DNA of 64,000 nucleotides from Tricharina praecox (Eukaryota), in assembly GCF_024521635.1 (NCBI RefSeq), contig NW_026250404.1, positions 2,356,001-2,420,000 of the forward strand. Direction: 5' to 3'. The stretch's first letter is position 1. Each line of letters begins with the position of its first letter. The position numbers and the translations under genes were made by a program. Of the stretch, positions 63,342-64,000 are shown piece after piece. The notes under the pieces were generated by a model. That model was not told where the DNA came from. It searched no databases and worked only from the letters and a program-made list of their open reading frames with translations.

Positions 63342-64000
63342 ATGGCCGACGATATCCATACGCTGGCGATGCAGCTGTGGATGGAGGATATAGACGTATT
63401 GGATACAGTGCACGGCTACGAGGCCGGCCCTTCGACAGCTGGGGCCCCCGATCACGATCGGCCACCACCCCGCGGCGACAAAACCGACACGGAATCCAGT
63501 ATTCCAGATTTCGTCATGGCATTCGGAGGAGGCGAACCTCACTGGCTGCAACATCAGCAGGCCGAGATGGCATTCCTCCAAAGGCAAAACGCCGGGAGAC
63601 AGCGTGCTGCCGGTCGTCATGACCCTGTTGCACGTCCTCGGCCTCAACCGGGACCTGCACGCCAGCTAGAGCATTGGCCTCAACCAGGACCGGCACGCCG
63701 ACCAGAGCCTTGGCAGGAACCCCAGGGTAAAGGGAAAGGCAGAGCCACGGGCGTCGATTGCACCGCGTGCAGTGACGAGATTGTGGGGGAGCTCCACGAG
63801 CTGAAGTGCGAGCACCGGTACTGCATCGACTGTCTCACCCAGATGGTCTCAAAGGCCCTGGGTGGAGAATCGGACACGAACTTTCCTCCGAAATGTTGCA
63901 CGGATCCGATACCGACGGATGCCGTGAAAACGGTACTCTCAGCCGCCGATTTCAAGAAATACGAAGAACGTCTCGACGATCGCAAACAGGCTGTGCAGCT
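63342..64000 (+). CDS. RBR/IBR-family RING E3 ligase, 3'-truncated by window
   Basis: Open frame from ATG 63342 to window end: CTACSD..LKCEHRYCIDCL..FPPKCC (fungal RING1 signature); not in the ORF track because it has no stop in the window. Confidence 0.8.
   Translation, partial: MADDIHTLAMQLWMEDIDVLDTVHGYEAGPSTAGAPDHDRPPPRGDKTDTESSIPDFVMAFGGGEPHWLQHQQAEMAFLQRQNAGRQRAAGRHDPVARPRPQPGPARQLEHWPQPGPARRPEPWQEPQGKGKGRATGVDCTACSDEIVGELHELKCEHRYCIDCLTQMVSKALGGESDTNFPPKCCTDPIPTDAVKTVLSAADFKKYEERLDDRKQAVQ

Noticed and set aside
1..64000. Secondary-metabolite cluster, intact transposon, tRNA or rRNA
   Set aside because: No PKS/NRPS/terpene backbone, transposase/RT/integrase motifs or structural RNA signatures seen by eye

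Overview
Eukaryotic, intron-rich genomic DNA from a filamentous ascomycete (Pezizomycotina-type genes, short GT-AG introns with CTRAC branch points, GC-rich codons). About 17 protein-coding genes are supported: an MFS transporter (partial), a CorA-like transporter, an APC amino-acid permease, an Ariadne-type RBR ligase, Skn7/SrrA, a mitochondrial Prx5-type peroxiredoxin, Mrs3/4 mitoferrin, uS17m, a Bol2/Fra2-type BolA, AP-1 beta-adaptin, a HIRIP3-like protein, TPS1, a spastin/Sap1-like AAA ATPase, a zf-4CXXC_R1 plus WHIM/WSD chromatin protein, a copper amine oxidase, Dicer-like 2, and a second partial RBR ligase. I saw no rRNA, tRNA, CRISPR array or intact transposon. The most interesting observations are: (1) the Dicer carries two FFAT-type VAP-binding motifs in a long C-terminal tail and an acidic helicase insert with repeated AIM/LIR-like 'DPxTGE' units; (2) three perfect SreA-type ATCWGATAA boxes lie at the neighbouring mitoferrin and BolA genes; (3) the BolA and Ariadne genes have candidate non-AUG N-terminal extensions (MTS-like and NLS-like); (4) the CDCA7-like zinc-finger gene is bracketed by related degenerate repeat arrays. 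All exon structures and motif calls were made by eye and need computational confirmation.
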